The notes under the pieces: generated by a model
What the model was told of the DNA's origin: nothing
Databases searched by the model: none
The model's input: only the letters and a program-made list of their open reading frames with translations
Translations under genes and position numbers: made by a program
Shown: piece after piece, positions 1 to 8,709 of the stretch
Layout: each line of letters starts with the position of its first letter
Position numbering within the stretch: the stretch's first letter is position 1
DNA from: a bacterium
GTDB lineage: Bacteria; Oederibacteriota; PGYV01; Palsa-1178
Direction of reading: 5' to 3'
Assembly (NCBI GenBank): GCA_037138355.1
Contig: JBAXIL010000028.1
Coordinates: 1 to 23,547 of the forward strand
DNA length: 23,547 nt

Positions 1-1285
1 CAGGCCATATTGTTGATGGGGCATCTCCCATATATGAATACCAGAATCCGCCGTAATTATTTCCAGCGTTTCCATCTTCCATGTCATCAAAAAGACAAGA
101 ACCAGCTGGAAGTCCAGTTGGAGTAATTGTAGGTGCCACAGCCGAGAATGTGACTGGGAAATTTCCTGACATAACAAGAAGTGATAATAAACCAAGTGAA
201 GCATTATAGTATTCATTATTATTACAAGCATTCGTAAATGTGCCGGCTGTTTGATTATAATATTCTGTTAGTTTTGTTTGATTTGTTCCGCCCATAAAAG
301 CACATCCAGCAGGACCTATAAATGAAGCATTATTGTTTGCCCCTGTTTTAGCACCCGTACTTACAGTATAACCATCTCCAACATTACTGGCAGCTATATT
401 TGTGAAAAATATTTCCTGATAACCTATCTGTGTGTCAGCAAAAGTATTACCGTGCCATATATAATCAATTGCATATCTCCAAGGAACTCTACAAGCATTA
501 TACGAATATGTATTATCAGTTCTCGCTCCACTATGGTCACAAGTTTCCGAAGTAAGACCATTTGCTGTATTTCTGTCAGCAGCTAAGTGATTATTACAAA
601 CAGTTATTACCGCAGCCCATCTTGTGCCACCTTCAAATGTATCAAACTCTCTGTAGAAACCTTCGGAAAAATAAGAAGGATATTCATTCCCATCCCAGTT
701 GTCGCCTGGGCCCATGGAATTATCTGCTTTTCTGTCCATGGAATATATATTATTTAGCATAGCCGTAGCATACTGCGCATAAGTAGATGCTTGTCCTGTT
801 GGAGTTCCACCCCAACGCCTTGATGCCTGTATAAGTGCCCAAGCCATATCAGTGTCACCGTCTGTAGCAGAGTTATTATCCCCAGCAAGTGCAGTACCAT
901 CATTTGATGTCTTCCATGGCATTAAAGCTTTTCCACCAGCAAGCCCGCAAATATATAGTTTGTATTTCCATAATTGGTCAAATAATGTTTTGTCATCCAT
1001 ATACACAGCCATTAAAAGTCCATATCCTTGACCTTCAGAAACTGTTCTTCCATTATGTGGGGATTCTGGTCCAACAACTCTGGTTCCATTTGAACCTGAA
1101 ACAGCTGTAAACTTAGCTTTCCAAGTTGTCCATTTGGTATTAAGATCACTGGTCATAGAACTTCCAGTAGATAACTGAATACCATTTGGATAATCAACCC
1201 AAACAGGTGCAGCTATTACTACTCCAGCAGCGAATATTGATAATAAGAAGAGTGAGACAAGGACGATTCTTTTTAATAAACTCAT
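1..1285 (-). CDS. Secreted glycoside hydrolase family 8 with the start of a CBM-like module; 3'-truncated by the window edge; not in the ORF track
   Basis: Hand translation from ATG at 1285 (RBS GGGAGG at 1292-1297) is open to the edge. Signal peptide MSLLKRIVLVSLFLLSIFAAGVVIAA; TVSEGQGYG (catalytic acid Glu84); GH8 signature ATDGDTDMAWALIQASRRW; YSYNACRVPWR; YYNASLGLLSLLVMSGNF; PT linker; then FDDMEDG..NNYGGFWYSY (CBM11/CIA30-like start). Confidence 0.92.
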   Translation of the reverse strand, partial: MSLLKRIVLVSLFLLSIFAAGVVIAAPVWVDYPNGIQLSTGSSMTSDLNTKWTTWKAKFTAVSGSNGTRVVGPESPHNGRTVSEGQGYGLLMAVYMDDKTLFDQLWKYKLYICGLAGGKALMPWKTSNDGTALAGDNNSATDGDTDMAWALIQASRRWGGTPTGQASTYAQYATAMLNNIYSMDRKADNSMGPGDNWDGNEYPSYFSEGFYREFDTFEGGTRWAAVITVCNNHLAADRNTANGLTSETCDHSGARTDNTYSYNACRVPWRYAIDYIWHGNTFADTQIGYQEIFFTNIAASNVGDGYTVSTGAKTGANNNASFIGPAGCAFMGGTNQTKLTEYYNQTAGTFTNACNNNEYYNASLGLLSLLVMSGNFPVTFSAVAPTITPTGLPAGSCLFDDMEDGNAGNNYGGFWYSYMGDAPSTIWP

Positions 1286-1329
1286 TTAATTCCTCCCAAA
1301 AAGTTATTATAATAAAACCTAATAATTAT

Positions 1330-1355
1330 GACAAAAAAAACATAAAATAGTTTCG
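1330..1355 (-). promoter_or_regulatory. Putative ECF-sigma promoter upstream of the GH8 gene
   Basis: Minus strand CGAAAC-TATTTTATGTTTTTTTT(17)-GTCA; same boxes and spacing as the motif at 2547-2572; fits the generic ECF pattern AAC-N16/17-GT(C). Confidence 0.6.
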
Positions 1356-1439
1356 TTAAAAAACAAATGATTTTCCTTTGTCTTCTAACTTCTATATTAT
1401 ATTCATAATAATAACAATTTATATCTATTTACTTAAAAA

Positions 1440-1468
1440 ATAATAACAAATGAAACAGTGTTTGTCTA
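1440..1468 (-). promoter_or_regulatory. Putative sigma70 promoter for the GH8 gene
   Basis: TAGACA-N17-TATTAT with extended -10 TGn; the spacer holds a degenerate copy of the LacI-type operator (1450-1465). Confidence 0.45.
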
Positions 1469-1476
1469 TACAAAAC

Positions 1477-2517
1477 TTAATCTTTATTAACTATAATATG
1501 GCTCTTTATAACCCTTTTACCGATTTGTATGTAAACAAAATATGCGCCTTCAGCAACTATCTGTGAATAGTCGTTTTTTCCATACCAGCGTGCTTCAAAA
1601 GTTCCAGGTGCCTTTTCTTCATCAAGTATTTTTGTAACCACTCTGCCAGCTTTATCATATATCATTATTTTAACGAGTGTATTTTCTTCCACCTTAATCA
1701 CTATTCTTGCAAAATCACCATGATTAGGATTAATAAGATTGTTAGCAACTATAGCTTTATTTTGTTCAAGTAAAGGAAGTCCTGTTTCTGTTGGTATTGG
1801 TTTAACTTCGGCAGCATTCATGACTGATTTTACTTCTATTGCCGACACTCCATAGTTAGGGTTATTTGCCGCAACTGGTGCCGAAGCAGACTGGATAATA
1901 TTATTGCCTGCAGCAATATTTTGCCTTACAGGGCCTTTTTCATTATAATCATTTGCTACTGGTTGTATGGCAATGGCTACTGCTGGTTTAGCAGAAACCT
2001 CCAACTCACGAACAGCAAGCTTATCTTTTGTTGCAGTATTTATTGCTATATCTTGTGCCTTGGCACTTGATTGCATAATAGTTTTATTTATTTTTGCCAC
2101 ATTGACTTTAGCAACTTGCACAGGCGCTTTTATTGAAGCGACCAATTGTTTTTCTACCACAACTGATTTTAAAACAGCAACTTGAGAAGGTGCAAACGGT
2201 TTATTATATATAAGGAAGAACGCAGCGATTATTGCCACAGCAAAAGTTGTACCATAAGAAATTACTGGGAACCAATTAAATTGCGGTTTTGTGGAATCAA
2301 TCGTAGCCATAATTCTTGTTTCAAGATAATCAGGAGCTTCAACTTTCATTAATGAAGTTAGTTCTATCATTTTTTTAAGTGATTTTTCATAAGCCAAACA
2401 ATCTGGACAGTTTTGTATATGATTGGATACTATTTTTAAGACAGAAGCATTTGCTTCTCCGTCAATTTTCTCCATTATCATTTCTTTGAATTTCAAACAC
2501 TTTTTATTGTCTTTCAT
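1477..2517 (-). CDS. Zinc-finger (zf-HC2) transmembrane anti-sigma factor with long linker and C-terminal FlgD-Ig/T9SS-CTD-like domain
   Basis: C..HIQNCPDC ZAS motif; TM helix ISYGTTFAVAIIAAFFLIY; about 150 aa of A/V/P/K-rich linker; C-terminal NLINPN..VKIMIYDKAGRVVTKI..WYGKND..VAEGAYFVYI. Start moved to the ATG at 2517 (AGGTG RBS); the ORF-track start at 2577 is an alternative. Confidence 0.85.
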   Translation of the reverse strand: MKDNKKCLKFKEMIMEKIDGEANASVLKIVSNHIQNCPDCLAYEKSLKKMIELTSLMKVEAPDYLETRIMATIDSTKPQFNWFPVISYGTTFAVAIIAAFFLIYNKPFAPSQVAVLKSVVVEKQLVASIKAPVQVAKVNVAKINKTIMQSSAKAQDIAINTATKDKLAVRELEVSAKPAVAIAIQPVANDYNEKGPVRQNIAAGNNIIQSASAPVAANNPNYGVSAIEVKSVMNAAEVKPIPTETGLPLLEQNKAIVANNLINPNHGDFARIVIKVEENTLVKIMIYDKAGRVVTKILDEEKAPGTFEARWYGKNDYSQIVAEGAYFVYIQIGKRVIKSHIIVNKD

Positions 2518-2546
2518 AATGCACCTACTTTCTTTGTTATTATATA

Positions 2547-2572
2547 GACATTTCATATCAATAAAAGTTTCG
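2547..2572 (-). promoter_or_regulatory. Putative ECF-sigma promoter between the sigma and anti-sigma genes
   Basis: Minus strand CGAAAC-TTTTATTGATATGAAAT(17)-GTCTA, about 30 nt upstream of the 2517 ATG. Confidence 0.6.
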
Positions 2573-2579
2573 GTCATTT

Positions 2580-3161
2580 TTAGATAACATCATCTTTTTC
2601 GAGCTTTTCTCGCAGGTTTTCCCTGGCTCTAAAAAGCTTTGATTTTACTGCTGAAACTGACAGTTTTAACACTCTTCCTATGTCTTCATAAGACAAACCA
2701 TCCACATCACGCATTAATATCACTTGTTTATGTTCATTAGAAAGTTCGTCAATCCTTTTGTATATTAATTTTTTAACTTGAGAAGAGGCATATGTCTTAT
2801 CCGGCTCTTTTTCTTCCTTTTCTTTTATATTATCAACCATACTCGTTTTATTCTCTTCCCCTTCTTCATAAAACTCATCAGCTGTATGTGATCTTAAACG
2901 CTGCAACTGCTTCAATCTGTTTTTACAAGTATTAATTGTTATCCTATAAATCCATGTAGATAATTTGGAATCTCCCCTAAACTTCTTAATGCTTTTATAT
3001 ATAGCTATAAAAACTTCCTGTGCCGTGTCTTCGGCTTCTTCCTTATTGCGTAGAAAATTATATGCCTGTCCAAATACAACTTTCTTGTATTTATTTATTA
3101 TCTCCGCAAAGTATTTTGTCTCGCCTTTTTTTATGCGTTTTACTATCTCGGCTTCTTCCAT
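2580..3161 (-). CDS. ECF RNA polymerase sigma-70 factor (SigW/RpoE-like)
   Basis: Region 2 EAEDTAQEVFI..FRGDSKLSTWIYRITINTC; region 4 DVDGLSYEDIGRVLKLSVSAVKSKLFRAR; AGGAG RBS. Confidence 0.96.
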   Translation of the reverse strand: MEEAEIVKRIKKGETKYFAEIINKYKKVVFGQAYNFLRNKEEAEDTAQEVFIAIYKSIKKFRGDSKLSTWIYRITINTCKNRLKQLQRLRSHTADEFYEEGEENKTSMVDNIKEKEEKEPDKTYASSQVKKLIYKRIDELSNEHKQVILMRDVDGLSYEDIGRVLKLSVSAVKSKLFRARENLREKLEKDDVI

Positions 3162-3208
3162 GAGAACTCCTATATTTTTTAAAAAAGCGAACTAAGCATT
3201 TTATTAAA

Positions 3209-4135
3209 CTAAAACATATATTTAATAGTTATTCTGTGCGCATTATCAGAAATAAAATACGGTTGATAAGCATAGTCTATAAACATATCACTAAGGCGCA
3301 CTCCTGCTCCTACTGCCACTCTTCCGTCAGTTTTCCCTAAAGTATAACCATATCTAAAAGTAAAAAACTTTTCATACGCAGCTTCCAAACCTATAGAGGT
3401 TTCTGTGTTATCTTGTTCTAATAGAAAAATTCTTTCTTCCATAAATAGTGATATTTTATATTTTTCTTCAAATCTATAAACTTCCATACCACAACCAGCC
3501 CTGCAAAGCATAGGATATAATGACTTATCTTTAAAATACGAAGTTGATAAACCCAAATTTTCTATATCCGCCCCTATGGTATAACGACTATCAAAGTTTC
3601 TGTATAATAAACCAAGATTTATAGTTCCACCCATATTAACAGTATTATATATTTTTTCTGTAACAAACTTTAAATTAATTCCTGCATTGAACTGTTCGTT
3701 TATCACAAAGGAATACGACAAACCTAAAACCGCGTCATAATTATCAATGCGTTCTACTACCTCTCCTGTAGAATCCGTGCGAGATAAATCATCTATGGTG
3801 GAATACATGAAACTTACTGCTGCTGCACTTGAGACATTAAGTGGCTGAGCATATTCTATCTGCTCATAGTGAGAGGAAAACACTGAACTATAATGTGAAA
3901 ATGCTATGTATTTATTTTTTATTCCCTGCAAACAGGCTGGATTGACTGAGGCCGCACCAGGTCTCGCATAATAAGGAGAAAATATTCCACCCAAAGCAGT
4001 TTCTCTTGCATCTATATTCACCAAAAGAAAAGAACCTGTAGTAGCGCCCGCAGCATTTAATTTTGGAAGAAGTATCAAACTAACTACAAAAATCAAAATC
4101 AGCCGGACTTTGAAAAGCAGGCCGATTAGACGCAT
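3209..4135 (-). CDS. PorV/PorQ/UPF0164-like outer-membrane beta-barrel
   Basis: Signal peptide; GSFLLVNIDARETALGG..NPACL N-terminal motif; alternating beta pattern; C-terminal DYAYQPY..HRITIKYMF ending in Phe. Confidence 0.85.
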   Translation of the reverse strand: MRLIGLLFKVRLILIFVVSLILLPKLNAAGATTGSFLLVNIDARETALGGIFSPYYARPGAASVNPACLQGIKNKYIAFSHYSSVFSSHYEQIEYAQPLNVSSAAAVSFMYSTIDDLSRTDSTGEVVERIDNYDAVLGLSYSFVINEQFNAGINLKFVTEKIYNTVNMGGTINLGLLYRNFDSRYTIGADIENLGLSTSYFKDKSLYPMLCRAGCGMEVYRFEEKYKISLFMEERIFLLEQDNTETSIGLEAAYEKFFTFRYGYTLGKTDGRVAVGAGVRLSDMFIDYAYQPYFISDNAHRITIKYMF

Positions 4136-4140
4136 ATACC

Positions 4141-5136
4141 TTACACGGATTCTCTTATTATTAATTCTGGATCAAAACTAATTACTTTGCTTCCATTAGG
4201 TTCTTTTTTATTTATCATATTCATTAACACATCAAAACTCCGCATTCCCATTTTAGCGATTGGTTGTCTTATGGTAGTTAAGGCAGGAGAGGTCAAGTTA
4301 GATATATATGTGTCGTCATAACCAATTATGCTTATATCTTTTGGAATTTTAATGCCAAGCTTCTTTGCCTGTTCGAGCACTCCTACGGCAGTCACATCTC
4401 CAGCAGCGCAAAAAATAGAATCTATATCTGGACTTTGTTTTATCAACTTAGACAAAGAATCTAAACCTTCTTCAAAGCTATAATTTACAACTTTAACTAT
4501 TTTATTCTCGTCATATTCTATACCGTAATCATTAAGTGCATCAGCATAACCTTTCAAGCGTTCATTGGCATTTAAACCTTCTTCTCCAACAATAAGTCCA
4601 ATTTTCTTTCTTTTATTTTTAATTAAATGTTCAGTAGCTATATAGCCGCCTTTGATATTATTAAACTTAATAGTCGCAGTTCCCTCTGTGACTTCTTCAA
4701 GAAATACTACTGGCACTCCATCTTTTTGAAAATCTTGAAGCATTTCTTTATCCATACGAAGAGAAATAACTATGATTCCATCAGCCATGCGTTCGTAATA
4801 GAGTCGCTTCAACATTTCTCTAACATTTTCTTGTATTCCACGAGTAGAATATAAAATCAAATTATACGGAGTGTTTCTCAATGATTCTTCAATACCACGG
4901 ACCGACTCAAGCGCAAAAAGAGAAGCAAAAAAAGAAGCCACCACTGCTATGTTATTGGTCTTGCCTTTAACCAAGCTGCGACCTATATAACTTGGATGAT
5001 AGTTCATATCTTTTATAGCAGTTAAGACCAAATCTCTTGTTTTTTGGCTTATTTTTGGATTATTATTAATCACCATAGAAACAGTTGCCGCAGTTACCCC
5101 GACTCTATTAGCTATGTCCTTTATGGTTACACGCAT
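4141..5136 (-). CDS. LacI-family transcriptional regulator
   Basis: VTIKDIANRVGVTAATVSMVIN HTH; hinge GRSL; periplasmic-binding-type core with IGYDD..PALTTIRQP; AAGGAG RBS. Confidence 0.97.
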   Translation of the reverse strand: MRVTIKDIANRVGVTAATVSMVINNNPKISQKTRDLVLTAIKDMNYHPSYIGRSLVKGKTNNIAVVASFFASLFALESVRGIEESLRNTPYNLILYSTRGIQENVREMLKRLYYERMADGIIVISLRMDKEMLQDFQKDGVPVVFLEEVTEGTATIKFNNIKGGYIATEHLIKNKRKKIGLIVGEEGLNANERLKGYADALNDYGIEYDENKIVKVVNYSFEEGLDSLSKLIKQSPDIDSIFCAAGDVTAVGVLEQAKKLGIKIPKDISIIGYDDTYISNLTSPALTTIRQPIAKMGMRSFDVLMNMINKKEPNGSKVISFDPELIIRESV

Positions 5137-5169
5137 ATTAACTCCTTATATAATTTTAAATACAACATA

Positions 5170-6510
5170 CTAATGTTCCGTTCTTTGAATTGTAGGGTGT
5201 GTTAAATTATACTGCTGTACAAAATCTTTTAACTTTTGATTATTAGGGTCAAGCTCCATGGCTTTTCCAAAGGCCTTCATGGCTAAATCCCTTTTTCCAA
5301 TATTTAAATAACATGAACCAACTCCCATATATGCTGGGGCATATTCGCGATAGCGTTTTATGCTTTCAGTAAAAGCTTCAAGTGCTATAGGAAAATCTTT
5401 TTTATAAAGTGCCTCATAACCTTTTTTATAAAAAACAATACCGCTTTTTTTACTTTCATAATATTTATTTTCAGCCACTCCAATAAACTTACCTGTTAAA
5501 GAAATACGATTAGTACTACCCAAATCAGAATATGGTACAAAAACATAATCCAATTCAAACGACATATCTTTTGCTGCAGTCAATTTGTAACCTAATCCAG
5601 CTGTCAAGCCAGCAGGAAAATCAAGATCTTCTCCAAACTTATATCCAGCCCTGATTAATATATTGTGATACTTATTTAATTCCCAGTTTTTTTCTGCGCC
5701 TACATGAATCTTTGCTGCTTGAGCAACCACATCATAAATAAGATCCAAATCACCTATAACATTATTATCAGCAAATATAAATTTCCCTTCCTCTGTAAAA
5801 GGCAACATAATATCTTCAAAAGAGAATCTATATCCAATACCAAACTTTACAATAGATGGCATTTCAGGACGATTTGTTGCCATACCAATATTTTCAAGAG
5901 TTAAACCCATCGAATAAGCTTCATACTTTGGTAAATAAAATGCACCCAAGCTAAAAGAAAATCCTCCACCTGAATCATTATATACTTTTTCACTAATTAT
6001 ATTTAAGTCAATACCTAATGACAAATCAGATATAGGATTGTCCTGCCCTATAAAATCTGAAAGTTTTTTTGCATAGGCGAGTGTCAATTTGAAATCTGAA
6101 GCAGTTGCCTTTTCAGTTGTGAGAATATATTTACCTGTCGAATCTTCATCTGTCTTAAAGATGTTCCCAGCATTTAAAAATGTAATGTCCCCTCCTATGG
6201 TACCAAAACCAGCAATTGGAAGAGCATATGCTATATATTCAAAGTTTACATCCATAAGCCAAGCCGTATGCATGAGACAAATCTGATTGCGTGTTATTTG
6301 AGTTAAACCAGCGGGATTCCAGTATATTGCAGTTACATCATTTGCTACTCCAACAAAGGCCTCTCCCATACCAGAAGGTCTTGCGCCTTGGGATAATTTC
6401 AAAAAATTAGCAGAAGTTGTGCCATTACCTATACCAGCAGTTAAGGCGAATATATTTAGGTTGAACGATGAAATAAATAGAATAATTAATAAAATACTAA
6501 CTTTTTTCAT
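5170..6510 (-). CDS. PorV/PorQ-like outer-membrane beta-barrel with C-terminal TPR domain
   Basis: Start at ATG 6510 (GGGAGA RBS, MKKVSILL signal peptide); ANFLKLSQGARPSGMGEAF..AIYWNPAGL; barrel ends LDYVFVPYSDLG..RISLTGKF; then TPRs (AYMGVGSCY..AFGKAMELDPNN). Confidence 0.9.
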   Translation of the reverse strand: MKKVSILLIILFISSFNLNIFALTAGIGNGTTSANFLKLSQGARPSGMGEAFVGVANDVTAIYWNPAGLTQITRNQICLMHTAWLMDVNFEYIAYALPIAGFGTIGGDITFLNAGNIFKTDEDSTGKYILTTEKATASDFKLTLAYAKKLSDFIGQDNPISDLSLGIDLNIISEKVYNDSGGGFSFSLGAFYLPKYEAYSMGLTLENIGMATNRPEMPSIVKFGIGYRFSFEDIMLPFTEEGKFIFADNNVIGDLDLIYDVVAQAAKIHVGAEKNWELNKYHNILIRAGYKFGEDLDFPAGLTAGLGYKLTAAKDMSFELDYVFVPYSDLGSTNRISLTGKFIGVAENKYYESKKSGIVFYKKGYEALYKKDFPIALEAFTESIKRYREYAPAYMGVGSCYLNIGKRDLAMKAFGKAMELDPNNQKLKDFVQQYNLTHPTIQRTEH

Positions 6511-6544
6511 GTTTTTTATCTCCCAAATTATTAATTGATAGATA

Positions 6545-6632
6545 ATATTACTATAAACAGGAACTAAAATCAATCTATAAAAGCCAAGTTCATTAGATTA
6601 AACTTGCTTTTAAACACAAAAGAATGTAATAT
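6545..6632. promoter_or_regulatory. Back-to-back sigma70-like promoters
   Basis: Minus strand TTGATT-N17-TAATAT (6573-6545); plus strand TTGCTT-N17-TAATAT (6604-6632). The AT-rich background limits certainty. Confidence 0.45.
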
Positions 6633-6673
6633 TTTTTATACTTTAATTTTTATAATCTTTTCGGAGGCTTGGC

Positions 6674-7615
6674 TTGGCAGACATAAACTGGCAGAATAAT
6701 GTAAAAAAAGTAGCAAAAGGAATACGCCGCAGGGTTCTTGAACATACCATCAACTGCAATGGTGGCTACTTAAGTCAAGCTTGCTCCTCTGCCGAAACGC
6801 TTTCTACTTTATATGTAAAAATAATGAATTTGGAACATATCAGTACACCCATAATGCCGAGACCTTTTCCAGGAGTGCCTGGTGCTAATAACAAGGCATA
6901 TTTTACAGGTGGCGAATTCAATGGTTCTCACGCCCCTCAATATGACAGATTTATATTATCCCCTGCCCACTACGCCCTTGTGCTTTATGCCTGTTTGATT
7001 GAGACCGGAAGAATGCACGAATCAGGTCTTGACTACTTTAACAAAGATGGCTCTTCAGTTGAAATGATAGGTGCCGAACACTCACCTGGCATGGAAGTCA
7101 CTAATGGTTCTCTCGGACAGGCCTTAAGTCAAGCCGCAGGAATCGCACTTGCGAAAAAATTAAAAAAAGAATCAGGTAAAGTATTTGTGTTTTTATCTGA
7201 CGGAGAACTTCAGATAGGTCAGACATGGGAGGCCTTTCAATTTATTTCGCATTGGAAATTAGACAATATGTTTATCTATGTAGATGTCAATGGTTATCAG
7301 TGCGACGGTATAATGACAGAAACAATGAATGTTGAGCCACTTGACAAAAAGCTTGAAGCTTTTGGTGCTAAAGTATATAAGGTTTACGGTCACAATCCAG
7401 AAGAACTTGTTAAACCTGTTGCTGAGTTTATACCAGAAGGTCGTCCTACAGTTGTGCTCGCCTCAACAAATCCTTTTGAAGGTATTCCCCTTTTAAAAAA
7501 TAACGCACCAAAATATCATTATGTCAGAATGAAAAGCGAACAAGAAAAAAATTTGTATATAAATGAACTTAATAAAATGAAAGCACCTGGGCTTATTATC
7601 CCAGGTATGGGTTAA
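6674..7615 (+). CDS. Split transketolase-like protein, N-terminal (ThDP-binding) subunit
   Basis: TTG start with GGAGG RBS; DRFILSPAHY, GSLGQ and the ThDP motif SDGE..WEA..DVN. Confidence 0.93.
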   Translation: MADINWQNNVKKVAKGIRRRVLEHTINCNGGYLSQACSSAETLSTLYVKIMNLEHISTPIMPRPFPGVPGANNKAYFTGGEFNGSHAPQYDRFILSPAHYALVLYACLIETGRMHESGLDYFNKDGSSVEMIGAEHSPGMEVTNGSLGQALSQAAGIALAKKLKKESGKVFVFLSDGELQIGQTWEAFQFISHWKLDNMFIYVDVNGYQCDGIMTETMNVEPLDKKLEAFGAKVYKVYGHNPEELVKPVAEFIPEGRPTVVLASTNPFEGIPLLKNNAPKYHYVRMKSEQEKNLYINELNKMKAPGLIIPGMG

Positions 7616-7622
7616 AAGTTAT

Positions 7623-8630
7623 ATGGAAGTATCAAGCAGAGTTCACGCCTACAACCTTGTAAAATGGGCAAAGGACAAACCTCAGGTTTTAGTAATGTCA
7701 GCAGACCTTACAAGCTCTACCGAAATAGATATCTTTAGGGATGATTATCCTGAAAGATTTATTTCTGCTGGTATTGCAGAACAAAATATGCTCAGCGTCG
7801 CCGCAGGACTTACACGAGAGGGTTTTATCCCTTTTATTCATACCTTTGCCGTCTTTATTTACCGCAGGGCTTATGATCAAGTGGCTATGTCTGTGGCATA
7901 TTCAAACTTGCCTGTAAAAATGTTTGGATTTTTGCCAGGAATTACAACACCTGGAGGCGCCACCCATCAAGCTATAGAAGATGTGGCTTTAATGCGTGCC
8001 CTTCCTAACATGACCATATTTGAATGCGGAGATGCAACTGAAGTAGAAACCATTTTGGACTCTGTTTTAGCAGTAAATGGTCCTGTTTATGTTCGTATGA
8101 TACGCGGAGATATACCAAGACTCTTTGATAAAAATGAACCATTTGTAATTGGGAAAAATCGCCTTTTATCTTTTGGTACTGACATAGTTATAGTATCAAG
8201 TGGAATTTGTACAGAAGAAGCAATCAAAACTGTTGCTGCCATAAAATCAAAAGGTATGTCAGTTACCCATTACCATATATCAACTTTAAAACCATTTAAC
8301 TCTAAAGATATTATTGATTCTATAGCACAATCTAAGTATGGTGTAATAAGCGTAGAAAATCATACTGTTATGGGTGGACTTGGCACAATTATAGCAGAAG
8401 CTATGGCAGAAGCTGGGGTTCCTAAAAAGCTTCTAAAGCTTGGCCTTCAAGATAAGTTTCCACACGGAGCCAGCAAAAAATATCTTATGAGAGAATATGG
8501 CTTTGATGCAATAGCCATAGTTGCAGCAGCAGAAAAACTATCAGGAAAAAATCTCGGCATAACAGAAGCCGAATTAAAACAGGTTGATATAAAGCCAATG
8601 CATTCACATTTAAAAGCAGAAGATTTATAA
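7623..8630 (+). CDS. Split transketolase-like protein, C-terminal (pyrimidine-binding + C-terminal) subunit
   Basis: SADL, GIAEQNM, RAYDQ, GATHQAIED, GPVYVRM, ENH..GGLG. Confidence 0.93.
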   Translation: MEVSSRVHAYNLVKWAKDKPQVLVMSADLTSSTEIDIFRDDYPERFISAGIAEQNMLSVAAGLTREGFIPFIHTFAVFIYRRAYDQVAMSVAYSNLPVKMFGFLPGITTPGGATHQAIEDVALMRALPNMTIFECGDATEVETILDSVLAVNGPVYVRMIRGDIPRLFDKNEPFVIGKNRLLSFGTDIVIVSSGICTEEAIKTVAAIKSKGMSVTHYHISTLKPFNSKDIIDSIAQSKYGVISVENHTVMGGLGTIIAEAMAEAGVPKKLLKLGLQDKFPHGASKKYLMREYGFDAIAIVAAAEKLSGKNLGITEAELKQVDIKPMHSHLKAEDL

Positions 8631-8709
8631 TTAACATGACAAAGATTGGGCTTGCCCCCTCTCATGATTGTTTGAACTAAAATTTAAATCTTATATTATG
8701 GAGAAACAA

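Noticed and set aside
562..1110. Plus-strand ORFs 562-762 and 889-1110
   Set aside because: Antisense shadows of the GH8 gene, which has clear motifs on the minus strand.
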